Numbered from the stretch's first letter, positions 10,375 through 21,686 are shown. The stretch is 64,000 bases of DNA from Promethearchaeia archaeon (GCA_029856155.1 JAHQWL010000072.1:1-64000), one strand, 5' to 3'. Made by a program: numbers and translations. Notes: generated from the sequence alone by a model not told the origin.

Positions 10375-11838
10375 CTACATCCTTTCCAGTTTTTTACCAA
10401 ATTCAAATAACTTTAAAAATGCTTTAGCAGCAGCTTCAATAGTAGAATAAACTATAAATTTATCATTCATTAATTTTTGGTGAAACATTTCCAGAGATTT
10501 GCTCGGATATTGATGTAAAATAATAATAAAAATTTTATTTAATGATTCAACATACTCTCTTAGCTCTAGCAAATTTTTATAATAACCTTTAAACCGTTCG
10601 TTTTCCATATCTCTCCAAGTGTCAGTTTCGATTATTACTAAGTCAATATTTTCATCAATAGCAGATTTACAAATGTCAACAACTTCTTTTCTATGAGTAA
10701 TCCATGGAATATCAAAAGGATTAGATAAACTCCCAACTCTTATTGGGAATATGGTTTTTAATTTTTCTAAAGCTTTACCTTCAAAAAGAGGTAATTCAAT
10801 CCCTAATTCTGTTAAACTATCTGTAGCTAAAATACCAAAGCCCCCAGACCATAGTATTACTAATGCTTTTTTGTTTTTAGGGAAAGTTACTTCTATGTTT
10901 AATTTATGAAATCGTGAAATATATCTAGAAAAAAGATACGTATAATCAATTAATTCTTCTAATGAAGAAGGCACTTCAATGATCGAGGTTTGTTTGTAAA
11001 TCGCTTGCCAAATATCACTCTTAGTTGCTAAAGCCCCAGTATGAGTTAAAACTGCTTTTTGCCCTCTTGAAGTTTTTCCCCCTCTCATAAATAATACTGG
11101 TTTTCTCATTTTTTTCAAAACCTTAAACAATTTTTTCCCTTCATTTATATGGAGTGGTGAAATGCCTTCAAAATAAATACAAATAACATCAGTTTCAATA
11201 TCTTCATTTAAATATTCTAAGATTTCTGAGATCTGGATATCAATGCAATTTCCAATACTAATCCCAATTGAAAATCTAAGATCATACTTTTTTGAACTAA
11301 ACTTAATCATTTTTGAATGTAAATCTCCGGATTGGAAAATTAAACCAATATTTCCTCTTTCAACAGGAAAAGAGGAATAGTAAGCTATTTTTCCACGAGG
11401 ACTATATAATCCCATACAATTAGGACCTATTGCTCGTGTATCTTTGTAATTATCTAATACCACTTTTAACTTTCGCTCAATATCCATTCCTAAATCATCG
11501 AATTCACCAGTCCCTGCAGTAAAGATGTGGACAAATCGTACTTTTTTTTTCGATAAAATGCGTTTTAATGATTCTATAAGCAAATCTCTCCTTATTGATA
11601 AAATTAAAAGATCAATTTCATCTTCTGGAATGTCCTCAATTACATTATAGCATCTTACACCCAAAATCTCTTTCTCAGTAGTTGAGATTAAAAATAATTT
11701 TTCTAAATCATAACCTTGTCTAATAAATCCTTCTACAAAAAAAGAAATTTTTTGATTTGCTTTAAAAATTACTATATTTTTTGGTTTAAACAGTATGTCT
11801 AATGGAGAGTTGTTAATTTTCATTTCTATCTTGACCAT
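10375..11838 (-). CDS. NDP-forming acyl-CoA synthetase alpha-like (CoA-binding) protein
   Basis: LFKPKNIV, IGPNCMG, FQSG, SIGNCID, phospho-His motif HTGALA, NPFD. Confidence 0.85.
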   Translation of the reverse strand: MVKIEMKINNSPLDILFKPKNIVIFKANQKISFFVEGFIRQGYDLEKLFLISTTEKEILGVRCYNVIEDIPEDEIDLLILSIRRDLLIESLKRILSKKKVRFVHIFTAGTGEFDDLGMDIERKLKVVLDNYKDTRAIGPNCMGLYSPRGKIAYYSSFPVERGNIGLIFQSGDLHSKMIKFSSKKYDLRFSIGISIGNCIDIQISEILEYLNEDIETDVICIYFEGISPLHINEGKKLFKVLKKMRKPVLFMRGGKTSRGQKAVLTHTGALATKSDIWQAIYKQTSIIEVPSSLEELIDYTYLFSRYISRFHKLNIEVTFPKNKKALVILWSGGFGILATDSLTELGIELPLFEGKALEKLKTIFPIRVGSLSNPFDIPWITHRKEVVDICKSAIDENIDLVIIETDTWRDMENERFKGYYKNLLELREYVESLNKIFIIILHQYPSKSLEMFHQKLMNDKFIVYSTIEAAAKAFLKLFEFGKKLERM

Positions 11839-12421
11839 TGGTTCTTATTGTTAAATTTGTATTACAATTATAACAGAATCGTGGGATAGAGTTAAATTCA
11901 GTTCCGCAATTGGGACATATTATTCTATTTTGATTAGCAATATCGTGTAAATCTTCAATTTGAGTCTCCATTTTTGATTTCATCATTTTTTTTAATAATA
12001 ATGATAATCCTATTGAAAAACTAATGAGTAAAACCCCAAGTAAAATGGTATGTAAGAAATGAAATGGAAATTTCGAATCAAAATAATATGGCGAATAATT
12101 CCATAAAAATACATACAGAAAGAAATTTGGAAAGAAAAATGTCATTAGATTCATCGAATATGCTTTTTTAAAATTATTATAAACGAAGATTGGAATTAAT
12201 GATACTAAAATCCAACTTATAAATGTAAAATATAACCCTGATAAGTCATCAAACAAAACATAATTCGCTAAGAACTGTATAATCACTTCTCGCTCTTTTA
12301 AAATACCGATATCAAAAATAATATTAAATTTATAATTGAAGCTATAAATTAAAAGACTTAGAAGTAGTATTTGAATTAGAAATAATATTATTCTGCTTCG
12401 AAAAAAGTCAATTAGCTTCAT
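11813..12421 (-). CDS. 4-TM membrane protein with C-terminal zinc ribbon
   Basis: Hydrophobic helices then CPNCG...CYNC. Confidence 0.75.
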   Translation of the reverse strand: MKLIDFFRSRIILFLIQILLLSLLIYSFNYKFNIIFDIGILKEREVIIQFLANYVLFDDLSGLYFTFISWILVSLIPIFVYNNFKKAYSMNLMTFFFPNFFLYVFLWNYSPYYFDSKFPFHFLHTILLGVLLISFSIGLSLLLKKMMKSKMETQIEDLHDIANQNRIICPNCGTEFNSIPRFCYNCNTNLTIRTNGQDRNEN

Positions 12422-12448
12422 TTATAGTTAGTTAAATACAGCAATAAA

Positions 12449-12899
12449 TTAAACTCTTATAATAATAATTTGATTATTAGAGATTTTTGTTAAAATAAAA
12501 AAAAAGAAATAAGTAATTTTATACAATTTATTTTTAAATTACTTTCTTTAATTTCTTCTTTGATATTATTACAACGATTATTCCAACCATTAAAGCTACA
12601 GTTAGAATTTCAAAGTAATATCCAGGGATACCGGGTTTTTCTTCAACTGTATCAAAATATGCTGTAAATATTGGATCGTGAACGAGTGTACCCCCCCACT
12701 CTCACCGTACTTAGGATAACATGTAATAAAGAAAGCTGCTGTTTTATTAGGATGAAACGCCTCCCAGGCGTCATCAAATGGAATTCCATATGTGAATTGA
12801 TTTGTTTGATTAACAGCATAACTTATAACTAATCGAGCGAAATATGAGAATAGTTCCAAAAATTATAGCAAATATTCTATTTTTATGGAAATTTTTCAA
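12449..12899 (-). pseudogene. frameshifted, internally deleted surface-protein relic with Loki-CTERM-like tail
   Basis: Three consecutive frames: signal-peptide-like MKNFHKNRIFAIIFGTILIF; SYAVNQ...CYPKYGE; GTLVHDPIFTAYF...PGIPGY-TM-KKKLK; break at C7 tract 12691-12697. Confidence 0.65.
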
Positions 12900-13164
12900 T
12901 TTTACCACTCTATTATTTTAAAGTTAAGTATATTTAAAAGATTAAAAGCAAATTTATTTATTTAAATCTATTCGAAAATTTAAAAAGCCCAAAACAATAA
13001 AATTTTTAATATTTGGTATCTTTATTTACTTACAGTGGAAGACTCGTATTCTTATTTTTTAAGATTAACATTATATAACTGTTATAGAGGATGTTTTCTC
13101 CTATGAGTTGCACTTCTTCTTCAAAATTTATGATTAACATTTGTTTTTTGGAGGTAATTAGTAT

Positions 13165-16092
13165 ATGAGTTATACTTTTTCAAGAACAAAAATGATTGAA
13201 AAAATTAAGTTTGGGCTGTTAAGTCCAAATGAAATTCGTAAGATGTCAGCAGCACGTATAATCACCGCAGACACATATGATGAAGACGGACTACCAATAC
13301 CAAGTGGTCTTATGGATCAAAGGTTAGGTACTATTGAACCAGGACAACGATGCCAAACTTGTGGTAATTTAGTAAGCAATTGTATGGGACATTTCGGCCA
13401 TATTGAATTAGCACGTCCGGTAATTCACGTAGGCTACGCAAAAAAAGTCTTAAAAGTGTTAAGAAGTATTTGTCCGGAATGTAGCAAGTTAATGCTAACT
13501 GAAGATGAAAAAGAGAAATTCAGACAAGAACAATTAACACACAGAAAAATCTTTTTTGAGGGTGATGAGGATGCTGCTAAAATTGTTTTTAAAAGAGCAA
13601 GGAAAGCAAAAATTTGCCCTCATTGTGGTGCTATAAAAAAAAAAATTATTATTGAAAAACCAACTACCTTTTATGAAGAAGAAGAAGGCAAGGGCTCACG
13701 GAGAATAACACCCATTGAGATATTAGAACGTCTAAAGAAAATCGGGGACGTAGATCTAAGGATCCTTGGTATTTCTCCTGAAAATGCAAGACTTGAATGG
13801 GTAATATTTACAGTATTACCAATCCCTCCTGTATGCGCAAGGCCATCAATTACTCTAGATAGTGGTATTCGGTCAGAAGATGATTTAACACATAAGTTGG
13901 TTGATGTCATCCGAATTAACCAAAGATTACGAGAAAATATTGACGCAGGAGCACCTCATTTAATAGTTGAAGATCTATGGGAATTATTACAATACCATAT
14001 TACAACATATTTTGATAATCAAGTTTCTGGTATACCTCCTGCTAGACATCGTTCTGGTAGAGCACTTAGAACTTTAACTCAGAGGTTAAAGGGTAAGGAG
14101 GGTAGATTTAGAAGTAACTTAAGTGGTAAGAGAGTTGATTTTTCTGCTCGCAGTGTTATATCACCTAATCCATATATTAGCATAAATGATGTTGGCGTTC
14201 CAATAGAAATTGCGAAAATTTTGACAATTCCTACGAATGTTAATGATTGGAATATTGAGGAGATGAAACAAATGGTCTTAAATGGACCTTTTAGACATCC
14301 GGGTGCGAATTACATCATACGTAATGATCGAAGAAGGATTGACTTACGCTATGTAAAAAACCGAAAAATTATAGCTGATATGCTCGCACCAGGGTTTACA
14401 ATTGAGCGGCACTTAAATGATGGAGATTTAGTATTGTTCAATCGACAACCTTCGCTTCATAGAATGAGTATAATGGCTCATGAAGTAAAAATAATGACAG
14501 GAAGAACTTTTCGACTAAATTTAACTGTTTGTCCACCGTATAATGCTGACTTCGATGGAGATGAAATGAATTTACATGTACCCCAAAGTGAAGAAGCGCG
14601 TACGGAAGCAGAATTACTTCTTAAGGTTCAAAACCACATACTCTCTCCACGATTTGGTGGACCAATATTAGGCGGAATTCAAGATTTTATATCAAGTGTC
14701 TTTCAATTTACTAGTAAAGATTCATTATATGATAAGAAGGACACGTTAAAGTTATTATATTTTGGAGATGTTTATAAAAATAATCCTGATTTTAGTTTAG
14801 ACCAACTCACTCCCGTAGTTACTAATCCGGAACCAATGTATTCAGGAAAATCAATTTTCAGTACCTTGTTTCCAGATGATCTGAATCTTAAAGTAAAATC
14901 TAAATTTTGCAAAAAATGTGAAGTTTGCGAAGAGGAAAATTGTTCTTATGATGCGTACGTTGTAATTAAAAATGGTCATCTGATAACTGGCACTATTGAT
15001 GAAAATTCCTTTGGAGCAATGCAATCAAATAGTATATTACAACGTATTATTAAAGATCATGGCAATGCACTTGGAAGGCAATTTCTAGACAGTGCAACTA
15101 AAATGCTCTTATATGTCATTCGACAGAATGGAATGACAATGGGTTTAGATGAAGTATATGTGCATGGACATGCATATGAAGAAATCGAAAAAATATTAAA
15201 AGATGCAAATATCGAGTCTGAGAAATTGATTAACGCTTTCTTAGAAAATAATACTACTGTTCTTAGAAGAGCCCCTGGACGATCAATGAGAGAAACATTG
15301 GAATTAAGAATCAGACAAGTATTAGCAGAAGCTAGAAAACAAGCAGAAGAAACTGCTGCAGATTTCATAGGAGATGAAGCCCATTCAGTTATTATGACTA
15401 AATCTGGAGCTCGAGGAAATATATTAAATTTAGGACAAATGTCTGCGGTTGTTGGGCAACAAGCAATTAGAGGAGAAAGAATTAATCGAGGATATAGCAT
15501 GAGAACATTGCCTCATTTTAAAGTTAATGATCTTTCACCCAAATCCAGAGGTTTTGTATCTTCTTCCTACAGAAATGGATTAAAACCAGTGGAATTTTTC
15601 TTTCATGCAATGGGAGGAAGAGAAGGACTAGTAGATACAGCAGTTAGAACATCTACATCTGGATATATGCAGCGTAGGTTAGTAAATGCATTACAAGATA
15701 TGGTTGTTGAAAATGATGGTACTGTCAGAAATTCAGATAAAAATGTCATCCAATTCCGTTTTGGTGATGATGGTATAGATCCAATGCATACAGATCATGG
15801 TGCTGCTGTAAATTTAGATGTTTTATTATTAAAAGCTAAAGCTCTAAATGCTGAAGAATTACGTGAAGAAATTAAGAAAGGGACTACAAGAAGATCATCC
15901 ACACCGAAGGAAAAAAAATTATCTGAAAAAAAACCTACTAAAACTCCTACAGAAAAACCGCAACCAAAGAAAAAAACAGATGATAGTGAATCATTAATAC
16001 AAGAATTCGAAGAAGAAACAGGTAAAAAGGCAATTTGGAGAGGTAAAGAAACTAAAGCTTATTTAGATTGGAAAGAAGAAAAATTAGGATAA
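13165..16092 (+). CDS. rpoA1: DNA-directed RNA polymerase subunit A' (Rpo1N)
   Basis: Catalytic [40 protein letters not shown]; GGAGG SD. Confidence 0.99.
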   Translation: MSYTFSRTKMIEKIKFGLLSPNEIRKMSAARIITADTYDEDGLPIPSGLMDQRLGTIEPGQRCQTCGNLVSNCMGHFGHIELARPVIHVGYAKKVLKVLRSICPECSKLMLTEDEKEKFRQEQLTHRKIFFEGDEDAAKIVFKRARKAKICPHCGAIKKKIIIEKPTTFYEEEEGKGSRRITPIEILERLKKIGDVDLRILGISPENARLEWVIFTVLPIPPVCARPSITLDSGIRSEDDLTHKLVDVIRINQRLRENIDAGAPHLIVEDLWELLQYHITTYFDNQVSGIPPARHRSGRALRTLTQRLKGKEGRFRSNLSGKRVDFSARSVISPNPYISINDVGVPIEIAKILTIPTNVNDWNIEEMKQMVLNGPFRHPGANYIIRNDRRRIDLRYVKNRKIIADMLAPGFTIERHLNDGDLVLFNRQPSLHRMSIMAHEVKIMTGRTFRLNLTVCPPYNADFDGDEMNLHVPQSEEARTEAELLLKVQNHILSPRFGGPILGGIQDFISSVFQFTSKDSLYDKKDTLKLLYFGDVYKNNPDFSLDQLTPVVTNPEPMYSGKSIFSTLFPDDLNLKVKSKFCKKCEVCEEENCSYDAYVVIKNGHLITGTIDENSFGAMQSNSILQRIIKDHGNALGRQFLDSATKMLLYVIRQNGMTMGLDEVYVHGHAYEEIEKILKDANIESEKLINAFLENNTTVLRRAPGRSMRETLELRIRQVLAEARKQAEETAADFIGDEAHSVIMTKSGARGNILNLGQMSAVVGQQAIRGERINRGYSMRTLPHFKVNDLSPKSRGFVSSSYRNGLKPVEFFFHAMGGREGLVDTAVRTSTSGYMQRRLVNALQDMVVENDGTVRNSDKNVIQFRFGDDGIDPMHTDHGAAVNLDVLLLKAKALNAEELREEIKKGTTRRSSTPKEKKLSEKKPTKTPTEKPQPKKKTDDSESLIQEFEEETGKKAIWRGKETKAYLDWKEEKLG

Positions 16093-16123
16093 AAAAATTG
16101 TTTTAAAAAGAAGGGAATTAATA

Positions 16124-17320
16124 ATGGTAAAAGTAAATTCAGAATATTTAGAAGAACAGTTGAAAGAACTAGAAGAGGATGGTATTCCCGAAGATTTAAT
16201 AAACAGAATTAGAGAAAAACTTAGCGAAGAGGAATTAGAAAAGGAGCAACTTGAATATCTATTAAACAAAATTTATATTAATTTTACTAATGCTCTTGTA
16301 GAAACTTCAGAACCAGTAGGTACCGTAGCAGCTCAGTCGATTGGTGAACCTGGAACTCAAATGACATTGAGAACATTCCATTATGCAGGAGTAGAGGAAT
16401 TCTCTGTAACCCAAGGATTACCCAGACTCATTGAAATAGTTGATGCTAGACGTTTTCCTAGTACCCCCCAAATGACAATCTACCTTGAAAAACCCTATAA
16501 TGAAAGCGAAGATAAAGCAATTGATGTTCATAATCGCATTGAACAGATACGCATAGAACAAATAACTCATGATGTTGATTTAGATTTTGTGAATTGGAAT
16601 ATCGTCATTAATTTGATACCAGAAATTTGTGAGAAAAAAGGAATTGAAATTAACGAAATTCCTGAAATTTTAAAGCGTTATAAAAAGAAAGGAACGATAA
16701 AACGTGAAGGAACATCTATAATTATCGATCCGGGAATAGAAGACCTACAGAGTTTACAAAAATTAAGAGAAAAAATACTTAAAAAGGTTGTAAAAGGGAT
16801 TAGAGGAGTTAAGAGAGGATTATTGACTCCTTCAGATGATGGTAAAGAATGGATAATTAAAACTGAAGGTACTAACATGCAAAGTGTAATACAAATTGAA
16901 GGAGTAGACATAACCAGAACAGTTTCAAACCACATTCACGAAATAGAAAAATTATATGGCGTAGAAGCAGCACGTCAAATGATAATAATAGAAGCTCAAA
17001 AAGTCTTAGAACAACAAGGATTAGATGTAGATTTAAGGCATCTTTTGATTTTATCAGATCTAATGTGTTATTCTGGATCAATTCAATCTATTGGAAGACA
17101 CGGAATATCAGGTTCAAAATCGAGTGTATTTGCTCGTGCAGCATTTGAAGTCACAGTTAATCAATTACTCGATGCTGGGCTTTACGGAGAGGAGGAACGT
17201 TTACTTGGAATCCCTGAAAATGTAATCGTAGGTCAAATAAGCCCGATAGGCACAGGGAGAGTTTCAGTTATGTTTGACTTAGACGCTAACTTGGATATTC
17301 TAAGAAAGAAGAAAAAATAA
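16124..17320 (+). CDS. rpoA2: DNA-directed RNA polymerase subunit A'' (Rpo1C)
   Basis: [34 protein letters not shown]. Confidence 0.99.
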   Translation: MVKVNSEYLEEQLKELEEDGIPEDLINRIREKLSEEELEKEQLEYLLNKIYINFTNALVETSEPVGTVAAQSIGEPGTQMTLRTFHYAGVEEFSVTQGLPRLIEIVDARRFPSTPQMTIYLEKPYNESEDKAIDVHNRIEQIRIEQITHDVDLDFVNWNIVINLIPEICEKKGIEINEIPEILKRYKKKGTIKREGTSIIIDPGIEDLQSLQKLREKILKKVVKGIRGVKRGLLTPSDDGKEWIIKTEGTNMQSVIQIEGVDITRTVSNHIHEIEKLYGVEAARQMIIIEAQKVLEQQGLDVDLRHLLILSDLMCYSGSIQSIGRHGISGSKSSVFARAAFEVTVNQLLDAGLYGEEERLLGIPENVIVGQISPIGTGRVSVMFDLDANLDILRKKKK

Positions 17321-17590
17321 CTTAAATGCTAATCTGGCTTACGTTATAATAATGTTTCCAAAGTCCATCCTCAATTTCCTTCGCAAATGATTTAGAAATG
17401 TCTAAAAATTATTGAAAAAAAAGAAAGAAAAAAAGTAATTAATTGACAAGGATTACATTAGGTCCATGTGAAAACCTTGTATATTAATATTCACGCTTCC
17501 GCAATTCTTACACTTATTATAATCATCCTTACAATATGAACAATATAATTTTTCACCATATAATTGAGAAAAAAGGTTGTCAAGAAAAAC

Positions 17591-17722
17591 ATGTATCCGT
17601 TATACGATTACTCCAGATATTGCTATATTTGAAATTATAATCAATACTCTCATCGAATGTATCCGTTATACGATTACTCCAGATATTGCTATATTTGAAA
17701 TTATAATCAATACTCTCATCGA
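17591..17722 (+). repeat. perfect tandem duplication, 2 x 66 bp
   Basis: 17591-17656 = 17657-17722 (ATGTATCCGTTATACG...CTCTCATCGA). Confidence 0.95.
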
Positions 17723-20143
17723 ATCGAGTTATATGGTTTCCCTGTCGAAATTATCGGAATTGAAAAAGAATATAAAATTATAAAAAACGCTTTAATTACC
17801 GGCTCTGATAATCTAAGACTATATAATAGGGTTTCCTTTAGAAATAAAGAGTTAGTAGACTTAGGAGCAAATTGGTATCATAGAATCGATGAAATTCTTT
17901 CGCAAAATATATTAGGAGAGGAGGATCACGAATATGGGCTTAGTGCTGCCGTTTCCTATATTTCTAAGACGGGTAGTGATTATAAAATTATAAGATTTAA
18001 TGCTGAGCTGATTAATCCTTTCTTAGAATTCGGTGTCGAGTTTGATTATGCTACTGAGCGATGGTTAGAACTAAAAGGGTCACCACGATCTTCGACTGTG
18101 GATATAGAGGATCGCCTAAGTTTCCTAAATTTAGAAAGCGGGTATGATCTTGGAAGATTAAGCCAGTCAGAAATTCTCAGAAATGATTTATTCCTTGTAA
18201 ATCGATTTCAAGTCAATGCTTATGGTCAAACATCTTTTTTACCAATATCTGAAAAATTATTAAAGGCTTTGAACGCTCGGGAAGTTGGAGGTGAGTTAAT
18301 TGAAGGTTTTGGCTTTGCAGAAATAGAATATATTCTAAAAAGAATTGTAGGAACTGATAATCAAAAAATCTATGAATTATGCAGAAATGCCTTTAAAGCC
18401 GTTGGTTCTGTACAGCCTGAATCAATTCAGCTTTCCTTCTTTAGGGGTTTAGACGATAACAATCCTCAGACTGAAAAACAATGGTTTAAAGCAGTTTTAC
18501 AAATATTAAAAGATTATACTTCTACTACACATGATCCTAAGTTTGGTCATCTGGACACCTTACTCGATAATGCATTAATTAATAATAAAGGAGAGTCAGT
18601 ATTTGAAAATGATAAGTTTACTGATGGTATAAAGTTTACTAAAGATGATTTGAAATTAGCTAAGCAAGTTTGGAATATACTTGAAAGATTATTTGGAAGT
18701 TATACCGTTTCTAAAATGGTCACAGGAAATATTTTCGCTAAAGACGGAGTTGTCCGATTTACAACCTATACTTGGGAATCTTTCCACGGAGTTTTGAAGA
18801 AAATTAACTTATACTTAAGACATAAATCAGCTCCCCATAATTTTTTGCCTACTCATGAAGCGCGTGGAACGGTAGGAAATGTCTATAGTTACTTATTAGA
18901 TTCCATGATCATGGATAAATTACTTACTTTACCTGCTGACCCAAGTATAGATACTGAATCTAGACAGATTAAAATCCAAGGTGCACCATTAGACCAATTC
19001 TCGCCTTATTTCAAAAATCCTGAAAATCTAGATAATGCACAATACCAGCTCTTTAGTGAAGTGATATCGAGTGATCATCTGGACGCATTTGAGGAATGGC
19101 TTGTTGATAATCCTCACACTACACGAAAGAAAGGAAGTTTTAAATTATATGATATTCTTAAAGAAATCTACTTTAAAAATATAGATTACGGCAAAGAAGA
19201 ACAAATCGATTCGGGAATAAGCAGAGAGCAAGCAAAACTATGGAGAACGCTAGGATTACAATCTATACATCATAATATATATGGTCTTGATTTCAAAAAA
19301 GACCACCCCAGATGGGTAGTATATGATTTCCTTACTACTCAAGGTCGTGGTCAGTCTGAATACGTTATTTCTTTCAAACCTAGTACCCTTGCTTTAGTGA
19401 ATCAACTCAAGGACGGCAAATTCGATGAATTCTATACAATAAGCTTAACTGCGGATGATTATCATTTATTTGAACCTTATGCTGCTGATATACTTGCTTC
19501 ATTAGACCCATTATCAGTTAGAGGTCTTGAAGAATATAAATATGATAAAATACTTGAAACACAAAAAGAACAAATTGAGCAAATAGTTACTTATCTAAAG
19601 AAGCTTGCTAAAGAATATGGCAAAATTATCATTTATCCTTTTAAAACCTTTAGCAATGGATTCGGGTATCGTAGAGCCGAGACTGGAAGTATTAAGATAA
19701 GCCCATTCTTCCCTCAAGCCTGGGATAACGACCTTACTACAATGCCTGGTAATGAAAAATATTACATACTTGATTCAAATACCGAATTTGGTGAGTTTCA
19801 AGATGATTTCGTCTATTTCCTTGGCGGTTTACTCCTCGATAACCACATGTTTATCATCAAGACTGAAAGTATGAATGAAAATGAGATGATTACCGCTTTT
19901 AGCTTACTGGATGGGGCGCTCAGTCCTTCTGAAATTATTCCAAGCTCAGACAGACATAATATAAGACCACCGCTCATCAAACATCATAACACTGATAAGT
20001 TTAAAGAAATCAATAAATTAATTTCTGATTTCGTAAACAGCCATAATATGATAGGCTATCAACGTTCTAAGACTCTCGACGATCAATTCATAATTTGGAA
20101 AATAGCGTTCGAGGTTGTTTCATACCTTAAATTTTTAATTTAA
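17699..20143 (+). CDS. large orphan protein of unknown function (start uncertain; first canonical start GTG 18098)
   Basis: Stop-free frame from 17699 to 20143, 133 codons longer than the 681-aa track call; no recognisable motif. Confidence 0.7.
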   Translation, partial: NYNQYSHRIELYGFPVEIIGIEKEYKIIKNALITGSDNLRLYNRVSFRNKELVDLGANWYHRIDEILSQNILGEEDHEYGLSAAVSYISKTGSDYKIIRFNAELINPFLEFGVEFDYATERWLELKGSPRSSTVDIEDRLSFLNLESGYDLGRLSQSEILRNDLFLVNRFQVNAYGQTSFLPISEKLLKALNAREVGGELIEGFGFAEIEYILKRIVGTDNQKIYELCRNAFKAVGSVQPESIQLSFFRGLDDNNPQTEKQWFKAVLQILKDYTSTTHDPKFGHLDTLLDNALINNKGESVFENDKFTDGIKFTKDDLKLAKQVWNILERLFGSYTVSKMVTGNIFAKDGVVRFTTYTWESFHGVLKKINLYLRHKSAPHNFLPTHEARGTVGNVYSYLLDSMIMDKLLTLPADPSIDTESRQIKIQGAPLDQFSPYFKNPENLDNAQYQLFSEVISSDHLDAFEEWLVDNPHTTRKKGSFKLYDILKEIYFKNIDYGKEEQIDSGISREQAKLWRTLGLQSIHHNIYGLDFKKDHPRWVVYDFLTTQGRGQSEYVISFKPSTLALVNQLKDGKFDEFYTISLTADDYHLFEPYAADILASLDPLSVRGLEEYKYDKILETQKEQIEQIVTYLKKLAKEYGKIIIYPFKTFSNGFGYRRAETGSIKISPFFPQAWDNDLTTMPGNEKYYILDSNTEFGEFQDDFVYFLGGLLLDNHMFIIKTESMNENEMITAFSLLDGALSPSEIIPSSDRHNIRPPLIKHHNTDKFKEINKLISDFVNSHNMIGYQRSKTLDDQFIIWKIAFEVVSYLKFLI

Positions 20144-20156
20144 TACTCAAATTTTT

Positions 20157-21686
20157 TTATTTTTTCTTAGCCCTTTTATTAATTTTGGTGAGGTCGTTGC
20201 CGTTTAAAGTAACATACTGTAATGACACTAATTTTTTCAGATGGCTTTTTTCTTTGATTTTATTATAATCTAAGTATAGTTCTTGCAAATTGTTTAATTT
20301 TTCTAAATTTTCAATTTTAGAAATATTATTGAAGCCTAAATTTAATATTTTTAATTTGTTCAATTGAGTTAAATTCTCGATTTTCGATATTTTATTAAAT
20401 GCTAAATCAAGTTCAAATAGATTTGTAAGAGATTTGATTTCACTTATATTTTGTATTGAATTACTATTTAGGATTAATTTTTTTAATTTCTTAAGTGAGT
20501 CGAGACCCTTAATGTTAGCAATCTGATTACTTGTTAAGTTTAGAATCTCTAGACTGTTCAGACCTTTTAATCCCATTATTTCAGTTATGTTACAATTGAC
20601 AATTTCAAGTTCAGTTAACTTTTGAAGCTTGCTAAAATCATAAGTTTTTGGGAAGGAGCAACTAATAATTCTAATTGATTTTAGATTTTCAAGTTTTTCA
20701 ATACCACTAATGCTATCAATTTCGCAGGCTTTTATTTCCAATCTTTCCAATTCTACACAATTTTCGAAATAAGAGAAATCAGATATATGAAAATTACCTA
20801 ATTTGATATCTTTTAGCCCACCAAGGAATTTCCATCCAAAGACTTCTTTTATGTCCATATTATTTTTTTTTTGCTTACCAGATAACCTTAGATGTTTAAT
20901 ACACCTAATGCCTTTTTCTTCATCAATCCAGAGGATAGATTTATCTTTATCAACGGGGAATTGTTTTTGGAGTTCAATACTGATAATTTTTTTAATGATA
21001 TTCCAGCAAATTACTTCTAAATTGTGATTATTTTGGTTGATTACATCTTCATATAACTTCAATAGCAAATTTTCATAATTTTTTCTTTTGATATACTTAG
21101 TCAGATTTGAATAATGACCTCTAACAAGGGCTTGAAGAGCGTATATTAATCGTGCTGTGAAAAGCTCATCGATTAATAAGTCTAACTCTTCATGGTCCAT
21201 AAGATTTAGATAACCCTCTTTCACTAAGAAGGTTACTACCGAAGGAAAGCCAATTGAGAATCTTGTAGCAATTTCATTTTTAAATATTTTTTTAGCCTTT
21301 AGGTCTCCAATTTCGGTTAACTTTTTTAAAAGTGGAAATGCTAAATTTCTATGAAGCAACCGTGTATCATAATCATGGTCCACCCATACTTGAAGGTTAG
21401 AACAATGCCCCCAAAATTCATCTTCAGGAAGAATATCACTTCTATACCCAGATCGTAATATTCCTTCGAATTCATCAATGGAGTCAATTTCATTAAAAGA
21501 ATTTATCTTAGATTCATGAATTTGAAAAAGTAGATGTTTACATTGTCTAAATTTATTATCTCCTATATAGATAAAAGTATTGTCATTCTCTAATTTAACA
21601 GTAATATAATCGTTAATCCTAAATTCTTTCAAATCGTTCATTCTCATATAAAAATATGCTTTAATAATTTTTAAATTTAATCTCAT
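20157..21686 (-). CDS. leucine-rich repeat protein with Lokiarchaeia-type N-terminal domain
   Basis: 'EFWGHCSNLQVW...YDTRLLHRNLAFPLLKKL' domain plus SDS22-like LxxLxLxxNxIxxIxxL repeats; start may be a later Met. Confidence 0.9.
   Translation of the reverse strand: MRLNLKIIKAYFYMRMNDLKEFRINDYITVKLENDNTFIYIGDNKFRQCKHLLFQIHESKINSFNEIDSIDEFEGILRSGYRSDILPEDEFWGHCSNLQVWVDHDYDTRLLHRNLAFPLLKKLTEIGDLKAKKIFKNEIATRFSIGFPSVVTFLVKEGYLNLMDHEELDLLIDELFTARLIYALQALVRGHYSNLTKYIKRKNYENLLLKLYEDVINQNNHNLEVICWNIIKKIISIELQKQFPVDKDKSILWIDEEKGIRCIKHLRLSGKQKKNNMDIKEVFGWKFLGGLKDIKLGNFHISDFSYFENCVELERLEIKACEIDSISGIEKLENLKSIRIISCSFPKTYDFSKLQKLTELEIVNCNITEIMGLKGLNSLEILNLTSNQIANIKGLDSLKKLKKLILNSNSIQNISEIKSLTNLFELDLAFNKISKIENLTQLNKLKILNLGFNNISKIENLEKLNNLQELYLDYNKIKEKSHLKKLVSLQYVTLNGNDLTKINKRAKKK

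Noticed and set aside
12602-12859. 85-aa ORF, or an RNA gene suggested by locally higher GC
   Set aside because: Better explained as the middle frame of a frameshifted surface-protein pseudogene; no tRNA/SRP-like motifs seen.
13671-17081. Short minus-strand ORFs within rpoA1/rpoA2 (and similar shadows over ilvC, rps12/rps7, pyrB, eno, aEF-1A, uvrA)
   Set aside because: Antisense shadows of conserved genes; no independent coding evidence.
13165-17320. Eukaryote-like fused RpoA
   Set aside because: A' and A'' are separate ORFs in different frames, with a TAA at 16090-16092 and a 31-bp gap.
17591-17722. Possible CRISPR array
   Set aside because: Two directly abutting 66-bp units, no spacer and no cas genes.
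17577-17783. 68-aa ORF with a 22-aa repeat
   Set aside because: By-product of the 66-bp duplication; it overlaps the long open frame leading into the large ORF.
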